Shown: piece after piece, positions 1 to 14,580 of the stretch
Position numbering within the stretch: the first letter of the stretch is position 1
How the letters are laid out: every line of letters begins with the position of its first letter
Assembly: GCA_038496445.1 (NCBI GenBank)
Contig: JALMLS010000223.1
Span: forward strand, 1 to 45,739
DNA: 45,739 nucleotides
Direction: 5' to 3'
Origin: Trichosphaerium sp. ATCC 40318
Lineage: Eukaryota > Protista > Tubulinea
Notes under the pieces: generated by a model
What the model was told of the DNA's origin: nothing
Seen by the model: only the letters and a program-made list of their open reading frames with translations
Database searches by the model: none
Translations under genes and position numbers: made by a program

Positions 1-734
1 TTTGGGTTCATTCAGTGCACATGTTGTAGTGTCCAACTTCACGCAAGAATGCTGTTTCTCTTGACATATTTCGTCTATGAACAAAACTAGTTCCAAACAA
101 CGAACATGGAGGTTGTAGACAACTTGTTAGTCACCAAACACACCACGACTTCGTCATAAAATCACATGTGTTGTTCCACATACAACTCCATTATTGAAAC
201 GTCTTGTACTTCATTAGCTAGAGATATTCCTCAGCGAAGTCACTGGAGTTTTTCCGGCGGTTTAACTGCTATCTGATCTTTTTTTTTGTCACACTATGGT
301 CACACGCGATTAACTTTTCGTCTTCCATTTATCCTCTATACAACAGAAAAGTCGAAATGATTCGGTTGGTGGGTTTTATCCAAAATTGGTAATGTCATGT
401 TGAGAGGTACAAAACGTACTTCCTCTACACGACATAGTATAGACCGTTTTGGTTTGCTTCTTATTGTACTATAAATGAGCCTGTGTTTGCGAACAAGGCA
501 TGTGATTCCTCAGGTAGAAGCTGTTGGTCGGTTGTAAAAGCAGTACACTAAAATCTTACGTTTTCAAAACAGTCTTATAAGTTTATTATCAATTCACTTG
601 CGAGGGTGTTGAAGAAGTCTAAGCGGTTTTTATATTGATTATGTGATTACCATTTGTTTTTCCTCAATTCGATGACTATAACAGCAACACCTTATTACTT
701 TCAGTTAGCTGAAACAAAATATTCAAAACTCACT

Positions 735-1076
735 CATGATTATACCACTAAGGGCCATTAGTATGGCCAAGCATGGCTCCACTGTACTTTTAAACTCCTT
801 GCTTGGGTCTTTCATTGTACCATCTATCAACACGCCAAGAATGATTATGCCAGAGAGCTATGGAAAACCTAAGAAGACCTTCACCAGTAATGTCTTTCGT
901 ACCAAGATAATAGATGCTATCGTTATAAGAACGATTGTCCCTAAGCGCATAAGAACTACAATATTTGATAAGATGCATTGTTGACCATTATAGACAGGCT
1001 CTCTATAATATTGGCGCACATTTACAAATAAAACTGCGAAGATGAGGTTCAAAATACCAGGTAATCCAAGTTGTGC
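735..1076 (-). pseudogene. possible decayed hydrophobic/membrane protein fragment
   Basis: One minus frame reads GILNLIFAVLFV...LGTIVLITIASIILV...VFLGFP*LSGIIILGVLID...LAILMALSGII, i.e. several hydrophobic stretches with an internal stop. No family recognised. Confidence 0.25.
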
Positions 1077-1454
1077 TAAAATACACTATTTAGCGGTGGT
1101 AAATACTGGTCGGATACCGGTCCAGTTTCAAGATATCGGTTTTCAGTCCGGACCTGTCTGAGCTTTAGAACAAGACTAAAGGTCTTACTTTTACGGTTAC
1201 AAACCGGTTAACCGTTCAGGTTTAATCATACCGACCGATTCAGTGAAATTTGTGAAAAACACGGGTAGCTAACAAAAAACTGTGGATATTTCGGATTGAT
1301 GTTGTCGTACATCACCACAGAATTCTGTTTTGGTTATGCGGTAACATAGTATTGCTGTTGTGGAGCGTCAACTGGGTGTCCTGGAACAACATTGGTTTAT
1401 GTATTCATTTGAACAGTTTGTGCTGCAGAGGAAGTATACATGTTGCGGAGGTAG

Positions 1455-1680
1455 GTAACCTTAAAGCATGCTATGACGATTGTTGATAAGAAAATAAATG
1501 ATAGCAATAAACGCGAGGTCGGTTCTGGAAGCCCTAGCAAAAAAAACAAGAGAGTTAGCCCAGAACTCATCCAGAACACGTGGGAGAACTTTCGTGCTCA
1601 ACTTTCAAAGTTCGAGAAGCAACACGACAAGATTAAAAACACATTTGCATTCGCCTTTGTTGAGGGTGCACTCGTGTTGA
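1455..1680 (+). pseudogene. isolated midasin (MDN1/Rea1)-like fragment
   Basis: KKNKR...WENFRAQLSKFEKQ...TFAFAFVEGALV matches the midasin segment W..F......F..Q......FAFxFVEGxLV. The expected continuation (G.W.LLDEINLA) is absent and unrelated sequence follows. Confidence 0.55.
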
Positions 1681-2242
1681 GGTATTGTATTGGTTTTACC
1701 GGAGATGATAACGCTCTTGTTCGTATGGTGTATCCATGCTTGCTTCAAGTATTTATTTGTTCATATGACAATGGGAAAGAATGTACTAGTTCGGTCTTCC
1801 ATTTTTATTGAAAGTCTACTGACCTCAAGGTAAAGACGATTCTTCCATCCTCACGAGATTCTACAATGAATAACGTTATCGTCATGCGCTGTGAGAGTAC
1901 ATATATCAATGGCTGAATGAACACTTGAGATATGAAACCATGTAATGTAATGTATGAGAAAAATAGGCGAAAACTTGCCTTCATGTACTGATGGGATTTT
2001 TGTTACAAGTGCAATACATAAAATACGTATTTCTGCGGCTGGATAAAGGTACGACAACATTGAGGTTTTGAAGGGTAGAAATCCTTCTCAATGTCTAACA
2101 ATATTTTTTTGCCGCAGCAAAAACTATCCACAGTATCTCAAAGAAAAAGTGAGAAAAAAGTAAAAAAGCGACTCGTAATTCATTCTAAAACAATTCATCT
2201 CGTCATCACAACTCGAAACACTTATTTTTACATACATCTACA

Positions 2243-2650
2243 ATGTTTTCTAACAATATAAGCAATCTTGGGACAAAAACGTATCAAAACGACTTTTACG
2301 GCCTCGCTCAACGTATTACAGTATCTAAAACTCTAGACATAATGTGGGAGAGCTCTTCAAAGACGCTAAAATCAATACAATGGTCTATCCTTCCAGACTC
2401 ACGAAAACACTTGAGAATACTCGTATCATTCGCACTAGATGACTATCTTACGTCTACAGTACCTAACGAGGATGGAGAGCTAGAATTTGATGTATCAGCA
2501 GTAGCAGTTCACAAGGCTTTTGATATGGTATTAACAAGAGGTCCTTTTCCTCACACATGCTTCTTTCCAGAAAACGTCAGGAGATCATATGCAAACTATT
2601 TACGAACTGTAGTAGAAGATCAACATAATAGAGTGCCAACAGGACAATGA
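2243..2650 (+). CDS. small intronless orphan protein, divergent member of the FP-x4-P-x3-R-x2-Y family
   Basis: 135 aa ORF. HKAFDMVLTRGPFPHTCFFPENVRRSYANYLR aligns without gaps to the C-termini of the ORFs at 19163-24601. CA-rich leader and A-rich 3' flank. Confidence 0.65.
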   Translation: MFSNNISNLGTKTYQNDFYGLAQRITVSKTLDIMWESSSKTLKSIQWSILPDSRKHLRILVSFALDDYLTSTVPNEDGELEFDVSAVAVHKAFDMVLTRGPFPHTCFFPENVRRSYANYLRTVVEDQHNRVPTGQ

Positions 2651-3486
2651 ATCGTCTGGTGAACAAACTATAGACAGAAAGAAAAAAAAAGACTTGTAAA
2701 TAAATTTTTAATATTAGCTGGACTGTACATCACAAGCTTCTAAAATCTGCAAGTTGATACAATTATTTCCTCCAATTGCTGATAACAAGAAATGCATGAG
2801 TACACTCTGACCTGTTAAATTCATGACAATCTATAGCCTTGTATCCTTAATTGTTGAAGTTCAAAGATAAGATAAAAATGGTAAGCGCAATATCAACCTT
2901 AGACGTTTAGTAAATGGTAAAAAAGTATCAATAATAAACACAAGGCAGACATCTAGTAGAGGTACCTTTACCCTGTAAGGCTATTCTATTCTACAAGCAG
3001 TGCTGCATTGTTTACTACCTAAGAGGTAGCTTTTAAACATACTAATATAAGTCTGAATAGTGATGATTGTTTATCGACATTAATATGCTAAACAAACTCA
3101 ATTGTTTATCAGCATTGAAGAAAGGCTACTGGTAAAAACAAGAATAAAAAAGGATATAGCGGTTTGTTAGCAACTAATAACAACTAAAGCATGTTTTCGA
3201 TACTAGCTTATTGCATTGATTAGTACCACTAGCACTGGATATGAACAGTCTTATTAAACACTCATACTATTCACATGTGTCTTGCTGTGCGCCCTATTGA
3301 AATTTCCATTTGTCACCACGTATCGTGGAGACATTGTTGGTATTGTTACACCGTTAACCACCCCGCTATTGTTGCAATGTGCACGTGATTTCCAATACCG
3401 CTACCAATGTTAAAGCACCAACTTAACACCTCATAACTTAGCTATGTTCATTGAACAACAACAAATTGTGTAATCAGTCTTGTAAC

Positions 3487-4595
3487 ATGTCGATGAATGC
3501 ACGGGAAGCAGCATTGTACCAAGCAAGTATTGCTGATGAGGTTAAACGGCTTTTTAAATAGATTACGATAATTACTCATTTTAAATTAGTCGGAGCAGTA
3601 TGAGGATATGGTAGAGGCTATAGAAGCTCTAGTGGCCATAGCAAAAGAAGATGGCGAGTTATTATCAAAAAACGAGAGAATTCTTGTTACCGTTGCCTTT
3701 TCTAATGTTATAAGTGCGTTGAGGACATCCTGGCGAATTTTACAAGGTGTAGAAAAGTACGTTTTCTGCGGCAGCATGAGACAGTTTCAGAAATTCCTAA
3801 ATTTTTATTTGTAAAAAGTCTAATTTTTTCAAAAAAATTACTTTGACTGTCGGTACTTTTCGTCGGTACAGCATGAACGAATCGCAAAATGACTTTTGTG
3901 CCTATAACTATAGAATACTAGCTACATGTTTATAATAGCTATTGAAGGTTAAGCCGGTTCTGAGGTGAGTAAAAACGTCTCAAAGATTCTCGAAATCATG
4001 TAAATATCAAAAATTAATAATTTCGTAATTGTCGAAACTGTTTCAAAAGCGATGCTGCCCCTCTCTGTACCAATGCTTAATGTAATGTGGTTTTAGTAAG
4101 GCAGTTATTAACTCAGAAGAATCGCAAGTGCGTGTTGTAAGAGCCTACAGAAAGAAAATAGAAGGTAAACTCATAGAAGCAAGCAAACGTGCCATGAAAG
4201 CACATGACACTATTCTCTCAATTGAAGGTCAAGACAACCAAAGTATATTAACCTACACATCTCTTAAGAGTAATTACTATCGATACATCATTGAGATATC
4301 ACGTGATAATGATAGAGAAGAATATACACAACAATCTATCCAAGAATTAAATGAGATTTATGGTTGTATTTCAGAGATGGTTCCTGTTCTTCCTATGGTT
4401 CTTTCTTTTCATTTGAAACAAAGCGGAAAACAATTTTATATTGGGAATAAGAATGAAGCTATTGAAATGGCACAGAAAGCTGTTGATGATGGTATAAGTT
4501 ACCTTGATAAAGTAAGTGATGATACATACACAGATGCAACCAAAATTCTTCAAATTCTACGTGACAACATTATTGTATGGAAAGAAGCAGCCTAA
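3487..4595 (+). CDS. divergent 14-3-3-like protein, 3 exons (approx. 3487-3540, 3590-3756, 4097-4595)
   Basis: Spliced translation MSMNAREAALYQASIADE/SEQYEDMV...ERILVTVAFSNVISALRTSWRIL...LKSNYYRYIIE...TYTDATKILQILRDNIIVW follows the 14-3-3 signature motifs. GT-AG introns keep the frame. Confidence 0.88.
3770..4059. mobile_element. MITE-like insertion in 14-3-3 intron 2
   Basis: Terminal inverted GGCAGCAT (3770-3777) / ATGCTGCC (4052-4059), plus inner inverted GA(G/A)ACAGTTTC. Removing it leaves an intron of about 50 nt, typical for this window. No clear TSD. Confidence 0.5.
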
Positions 4596-4639
4596 TATTA
4601 GTAAATAAAAATGTGCATTATCTACTCTTTTGTCATTTA

Positions 4640-5125
4640 CTTGTAAACTCCCTCTCTTATACCATTCTTGTAAAAACGCTTTAGCCTTAAATTTCCATTA
4701 GCAAACCACCGTTTGGCTTCTTCTTCTTGTTTATCATCAATGTAGTTACACTGCATGTTCTTCTTTTTATCATTAACACATCTACAATGCTCCATCAATT
4801 GGCCATTATCATACTACCCTTTTCCTCGCTTGTTGTTAAGGTAGTTATACTGTATTTTCAACTGGCCATTTTCACTCCAGTACTTGGCCTCTCCTTCTTG
4901 CTTGTTGGTAATGTAGTTACACTGCATATCCAATACCAGATTCACACGCTACATACTGACAAACAAGGAGGTCGTTTCTTTTCCCCATTTTCCATGCTGT
5001 TTTAGGTCACTATCATACCGTGTTGTTGCTGTCTGCATTGAAAGCATTGGCCAACACGTATAAACCAATGTCCAACTTGATAATATCAAGGTATATTTCA
5101 ACTGGATGCAATAGACAGAGTGTCT
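4640..5125 (-). pseudogene. decayed F-box-like/MORN-variant repeat gene
   Basis: LLHPVEIYLDIIKLD, then a frameshift to WPMLS..TATTRYDSDLKQHGKW, then ...KYWSENGQLKIQYNY...KRWFANGNL with stops. Paralogous to the genes at 28262 and 30269. Confidence 0.75.
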
Positions 5126-5342
5126 CAGTTTTTGAAACAAATTCGTGTTCATTAGTTGATTCATTGTTTGAAGTTTTCTTTCAAGATACGTTCTGTAGCT
5201 GCCGCCATACAGATTAATGTTATGCAACATTGCTTGCTCTTCAAGATTTTGCAGAGATATTTTAACTTGGACTTGTTTGAGGGGTCGGTGGCAGTTACAT
5301 TTTTTTTTATTTCATTTTTTCCTTTTTTTTTTACATTGTTGT

Positions 5343-8746
<3,404 letters not shown>

Positions 8747-8896
8747 CGACTCTAAACCTGAAATAATGTTAAGTGACACAAAGTCTTGCGAAAAAAAAAA
8801 AAAAGCAAAGAAACGGCAACGATTGCTTCGTTTACTTAAGAATTCTACGTGGAACATAAAAAGCGAAACAAATTCTATTAAATAAAATCGATTACC

Positions 8897-9131
8897 TTGC
8901 AATTAACAAAGCATCACGTGATAGTACAAAGATTTTTTAAATGCTTAAAACGCGAGTTGCATCACTTCGACATTGTTGTTTGCTCTCACCATAGTTTCCA
9001 TACAAGAGTTGTTATTGATATATATAAGTAGGTTGAACTGTACAGTGACAGATTAAGGCGCAACCGGGATTGAAGTCTAAAGACGCCTTAACTTGTTTTG
9101 TTGTTCAACTTTAACAAAATAATACCGTAAA
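8897..9131. promoter_or_regulatory. probable bidirectional promoter between PRP43 and the EEP gene
   Basis: Head-to-head genes about 390 bp ATG-to-ATG. Contains the palindrome ATCACGTGAT at 8913-8922. Confidence 0.4.
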
Positions 9132-10816
9132 ATGAGCATGTCTGCGTATATTCCATTAATGGTAGCACTATGCCTATGTTTGGTGTATGCTATACATTTT
9201 CCAGAACAGCGCATTACAAATAAATTCTGCCCTGAGGCACCAAGAACACCTGAAGATCGTAGAACAAACAAAAGAGCGCTTCGTGTTGTATGTCAAAGCA
9301 AAAAAAAAAAAGAAAATAATTAAATGGCTAACAGTTTACTTACAGGTTGAGTTTAACGTTGAATGGTTGTTTCTAGAAGAACCAGGTGCGGTAGCAACAT
9401 TATCTAAAAAAGTTCAATAGAATTGTCAGACTTGGACACTTTTTGTTAATCACGTGGATTTGTATTCCTCCAACGTGAAGATTTTGTTTTTTTATGGCAG
9501 TTTGTTGTCTCTGCTTTTGTGTTGTGTAACGGTGCTAACCACGTGTTATTAATAGGTGATCCTACCAAGCGTTGTCCTGGTACTGGATGTAAATGGGAGA
9601 ATCAGACGATTGCTGTGGAGCATTTGAAGGAAATAGCAGGCTTTATGAAAACTATGAATGCTGACATTATTGTGTTTGTGCGTTTTCTTTTCAAACATAG
9701 TTCGTTGTAATGTCTTATAATTGTAGATTGAACTAGAGGACTGCTATGTATTAGAATACTTGATAGACGCACTACCAGGAATGGGATACAAGGGCTACGT
9801 CCTTAAGGTTAAATCAAAGTCTTTTTTACTTCTTCCATGTGTAGCAAACTAACTATTTGACTTTGAAGGGTACTGATACAGCAACAATGCAAAACGTTGG
9901 TATAATGACAAGAGTGGATCCACTTGTTGACCTAGAACGCACAGCTGATAGGGTTGAGTATCCTGTTTCCGGAAACACATGCAAGTACGTTAAAAGTTAA
10001 ACGTTTGGTAAAAAAATCAGAAAAAAAAACCTAACGTGTGCATTTAGTTACAATGGAAATTCAGGAACTTATGGTGTTTCAAAACATGTATTTACTAGAT
10101 TTCACTTGACAGGTGTAGATGTTAATATATTTCTCATTGGGTTTCATTTTTTGGTACTTCTTTGAAATTTTTCTCAATAGTTTCTTAGTTTTTTTTTAGG
10201 CTTTCCCAACAACTGCTGACAGATGCGCCAAGCGTGAAGCACAATCTTTAGTTATTCGTGGTGTAATTGAAAAACACGCTAAAGAATTTCCAAATGATGA
10301 AATCATTGCTATTGGTGACTATAACGACTACAGTGATTTATTTTTAGATACAGCAGGAAACAAACCAACATCTCGTGTACGGATTGTTTTTAGAGTTTTT
10401 TTATTTTTCACGTGTCTTAACCTCTACCCAATAGGTGCTGAAATTCATTCGTGAATCTGTTACACCTGAGTTGTACAATGTTGGGCTAACCCAACAAAGC
10501 GGCGGGTTAGAGACATACTCAGCTTGGTACGACTTTTAAAGAACATTAATTTTTTTTGGACTGACGCCTTTCAAACAAGGTACGATATAAATAGAAATTG
10601 TATAGATGATGCTGGAGAAGAGCATACAATGATTGATCATATCTTGATATCATCAGGTTTAAGAAATGCGCTAACACAAGTCAAATACGATCACATGTTT
10701 GTTGGTAAGTTATTTCCACGTGTAAATTTTTCTTCTTGGTGTTTACGTTTCACATAGCGAGTTGTGAATCGTTAGCATCCGACCATTGGCCTATCGTTGT
10801 TGATTTTTCGTTTTAA
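9132..10816 (+). CDS. secreted endonuclease/exonuclease/phosphatase (EEP) family protein (multi-exon)
   Basis: Hydrophobic signal peptide. EFNVEWLF, IELEDC, GDYND, MIDHILIS and ASDHWPIVVDF are the EEP/DNase I-like catalytic motifs in the correct order across exons. Confidence 0.88.
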
Positions 10817-11371
10817 TAAAGAAAAGAGCAATTAAACAAGTCTCTACCACCCATCAAAAACAAAACCAATTTTTGCTTCTCTTTTTAAATTGTACTACAT
10901 AGTTTAAACTTGTGCTTGTGCACGTGCAACTGGTAAGACTTGCCTAAAGCCCACCTATTGAACTAACTGGATAGCGTATTTTGTTTTCTTCATCCACAAC
11001 AGGTCTTATCGAAAAAGAACGTGAAGCGAGAGTCAAATTTAGTTCTCTTACGGGTTGTGTAAAAGAGCGTGGTCACCTGTCGCGTGAGCGCAAAAAAAGT
11101 ACTAGCGTCAAAATGAGGGGAAAACCGAGCCGAAATTACAAAAATTTGACACAACACGCTATAAACCAAGTAAAAATACTATCGTACGCGTAAATTACCC
11201 AAACCGAACGTTAAAACGGCAATTGAACGAGCAGACTGCAAAAAACACAAAGAAACCACACAAACTTATCAAAACAACCGAGCGAGAGGCGGTAACATTA
11301 CAACAGACCAAACAAACAAACAAAACAGAAGATAAAAAATACAACTTTTATTTAAAATACAAGTGTCGCCC

Positions 11372-12597
11372 TTACTCTTGGCGACTATCATCAGTAACCG
11401 ACTCCTCGTCAGCCTCGACAATATTGTGCACGTAGTCAGGTCCGTAGAGCTTCTTTCCGTGGTCTGTCATGTTATCTATCCTCCTGCGTTTCAGTTCTTT
11501 GCATTCTGCTTTTTTTTCTTGTCGTTTACGTTTATGGTACGTAGCTCGTTTCTTCTGGTGTATAACTAGTTGCTTCTGATTAGCGATCTCTTTATCCCTA
11601 TCTTCGATTTGTTGATTTGAATCAGCGATTTCTTGCTGTTGACCATCGATTACTCGTTGCTTTTCTGCTATATCCTTCTTCTGAAGTACGTTAACTTCTG
11701 CTTGACGTTTCCGTTCTAATTCTAGGCTCTCATTTTCTTCCTTTAGAAGAGCGTTCTCTGAGCTTTGAAGAGCATTTTCTTCCTTAAGGAGCAAATTCTC
11801 TGATCTCTGAAGGTCATGCTCTTCCTTAAAGCGCACACTCTCCTCGCGTAGACGTTCATTCTCTTTTTTTTGGCGTGCATTTTCTTTTTTTTGCTGTTCA
11901 AGTGCTTCTTTAAGAGCTGCTACCCTCTCTTCCAAATAAACCACCCTGGCGTCTTGCTTTTGAGAAGCCAGTTTAAGAGAAGATATCGATTTCTGTGCTG
12001 CATTTAATTTGCCTTTGGCTATGGCGCGAAGAGATGTGTATCGAGAGTCTGCCAAGTCCTAAAGCGCCATTAATATTGACGAGTAAAGCACGTAAATAAA
12101 AAAAAACTTTTGTTTGAGCAGCCCTTTTATCTATGTGAATGCTAAGTGGGCTAAGACGGCTCCAAACTTGTTTAGAAAGCTAACTAAATAACTTTGGAGC
12201 CCTCGAATCCCACATCGTACACAAGCGTGTGCATTGTTAATGCTGCGAATCCACGCGTCACGAGATTTCTAAGGGGCCGTACATTCGATAAAATAAGCCT
12301 CACGCAACAAGAAAATTGCTTCACACTGCTAAGTGCACAAGCTGGCTCCAAACTCATTTAGAAGCTACGAAAATAACTTTGGAGCCCTCGAATACACATC
12401 GTCCCCTTCGCGCGCAATATTAAAGCAACGCGTGCCTTTAGGAATCCGTACAGCACAATTTTAAAGTGGCAACGAGCGTCTAGCCCAGTTTTTCTTTTCT
12501 TACGTGCCTTTAACTCTTGTACATTCGTTTTTAATACAAAGTCATCGTAACCGAGCACTTTTGGCAAGCCTTGAGCGATATCTGTTGTAGTAGTCAT
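11372..12597 (-). CDS. coiled-coil protein with basic NLS-like tail, 2 exons (12597-12508, 12058-11372)
   Basis: The long E/K/Q-rich heptad ORF lacks its own ATG but is preceded by a TTTAG acceptor. Joining upstream MTTTT...QELK through a GC donor at 12507 is in frame (about 258 aa). KRKRQEKK and KRRR near the C-terminus. Confidence 0.6.
12059..12507 (-). repeat. intron-like repeat copy 1 (GCACGT...TTTAG)
   Basis: Homologous to 12775-13203 and 13412-13646. Contains an internal duplication (GCTCCAAACT...ATAACTTTGGAGCCCTCGAAT..CACATCGT twice). Confidence 0.85.
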
Positions 12598-12774
12598 TTT
12601 CTATTAACGTTTTGAATTTGGCGCGCAAATAATTTAAAAGTCAACAAAGACGCCGAAACTAAATTATTACGAAAGTCAGTCTAAAATCAATACTAACTTT
12701 TCAACATTACGTGGAGGTTTGGTAGCATTGATATCAAAGATGTCTACCATTGACTATCGAGTGTATGCCAAGTC

Positions 12775-13203
12775 CTAAAGTGCCATTAATATTGACGAGT
12801 AAAGCACGTAAATAAAAAAACTTTTGTCTGAGCAGCCATTTTATCTATGTGGATGCTAAGTGGCTAAGACGACTCCACAGTCATTAGAGAATCTTAAACA
12901 CTGTGAAGCCTTCGAATACCACATCGAACACTACGTGTGCATTGTTAATGCTGCGAATCCACGCGCACGTTATCTCCAAGCGTCCGTACATTCGATAAAG
13001 TAAGCCTCGCTCAACAGAAAACTTGCTTCGCGCTGCTAAGTACACAAAATTGCTTCAAACTTATTTAGAAGCTACGAAAATAACTTTGAAGCCCTCAGGT
13101 GCACCGTCCCCGCCGTGCGCATTAGTAAAGCACGTGTATTAGGAATCCGTACAGCACAATTTTAGAGTGGCTACGAGCACTTGGCCCATTTTTTTATACG
13201 TAC
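12775..13203 (-). repeat. intron-like repeat copy 2 (GTACGT...TTTAG)
   Basis: Colinear diverged copy of 12059-12507, ending at splice-like signals. Confidence 0.85.
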
Positions 13204-13411
13204 CTCAGTTTACTTGTTGATCAAGCGAATACTTTTCCTTTTCTGGGTAACAAGTTAATACGTTACCAGTTACGCGCACAGCTTACCTTATACCTCCAGG
13301 CGGTGTGTATGATAAATATAACCCGTTCAGTCAAAAAGAAGGCGATAATAGCCCAAACTGCAAACAAACTCGCAAGGCATAATCTCTAGAGAACATACGT
13401 CGCCATAAGGC

Positions 13412-13646
13412 CTAAAGCGCCATTAACATTGGCGAATAAAGCACGTAATAAAAAATCGTTCGTTTGAGCCTTTTATTTCTGCTGCGGCATAGGATGGCTT
13501 TGAAGCTGTTCGAGAAACATTCGCAAACAACTTCAAAGCCCTCGAAGGCAACAACGTTCACGACGTGCGCATTATAACGCCCTCGCGTAGTTTTGGGTTC
13601 GTACAGCACAAATTATCTATTTCGCGCGTTGTTTTTTAAAACGTAC
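13412..13646 (-). repeat. intron-like repeat copy 3, single-unit short form (GTACGT...TTTAG)
   Basis: Shares CCTAAAGCGCCATTAA..TT..CGA.TAAAGCACGTAA, AAGCCCTCGAA and CGTACAGCACAA (plus strand) with copies 1 and 2. Confidence 0.7.
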
Positions 13647-13965
13647 CTTTAATGCGTGTATTTGTAAACTTCATTGATCAAACGGTAGCAAGCGTAAACG
13701 CACATCTTTTCTTTTGAATTGCTTTTCTGGCGGGTAAAAAGTCAATAACCGTAAACATTATGGTCGGTCGTCCTGTCTGCCTAGGCAACCAGGTTAACAG
13801 ACGTACAAAACAAGATGTCTTGATTGTATTATCAGTTCTTTTGAAACACATTGTACACAATGATGATAGAAACGAAACGGTGGTTGTACAAAGTTTTGGG
13901 TTTAATAAATTACATTTTAGTTTTTCTTTACATTTTTTTTTTCTCGTTTCTGTTACTTGTTGTAA

Positions 13966-14580
13966 CTAAAGTCTTTCCATGATGGCATATTTGAAGTCAC
14001 ATAACTCAATATGTCTCTTACATCTAATAAAGGGATGCTTTAATAGCTCATCTAGCGTTGGAGGGTGTTCTTTATCGATGCATCTTTCTACAAAGTCCAA
14101 AAGATCACAATCGGTTTTTGGGTTCATTTCTAACTCTTCAAATCTCGTTCGAATTGTCAAGTCCTCGAAAATTTTATCGAATATATTAGTTCCTCTCGGT
14201 CCGTCTGAAACAATGTCGCATCCAACAACAAGCTGCATAGTTATACTACCAATATCGAAGAAGTCATCTGATTTCCTTCCCGTTAAATCTGTTGCCAGAG
14301 TATCCAAAGAAATATCAAAGTAGGAGGAGATAAAAATATTTTCTGCCTTTAGATTTAGGCCGGCAAAATCCTGTTTATGAAGTTCACCAAGTTTTTTAAG
14401 ACATCCTCCAATAATGGTAGAATTTGTCGCTGTATCTAAGCAACCAAGTTTTTCCACGCCGTATTGTCCATCAATAGCAGTTTCGGTAGGTTCTTCTTGT
14501 CGTGGTCGAGTTTCTTTGTTTCTGAGCTTGTTAATCATCTTTCTTCCAAAGTTCGTTACGGATTTGATAATAGAAGGCAT
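13966..14580 (-). CDS. intronless truncated pseudokinase (C-lobe only)
   Basis: LGELHKQDFAGLNLKAENIFI resembles L.YLH...I.HRDLK.ENIL; DFFDIGSITMQL resembles D.WS.G; DFVERCIDKEHPPTLDELLKHPFI resembles subdomain XI. No GxGxxG, VAIK, HRD or DFG. Confidence 0.7.
   Translation of the reverse strand: MPSIIKSVTNFGRKMINKLRNKETRPRQEEPTETAIDGQYGVEKLGCLDTATNSTIIGGCLKKLGELHKQDFAGLNLKAENIFISSYFDISLDTLATDLTGRKSDDFFDIGSITMQLVVGCDIVSDGPRGTNIFDKIFEDLTIRTRFEELEMNPKTDCDLLDFVERCIDKEHPPTLDELLKHPFIRCKRHIELCDFKYAIMERL

Noticed and set aside
1100-1250. ACCGG/CCGGT-rich patch resembling a MITE
   Set aside because: Inverted ends are too imperfect and there is no second copy in the window.
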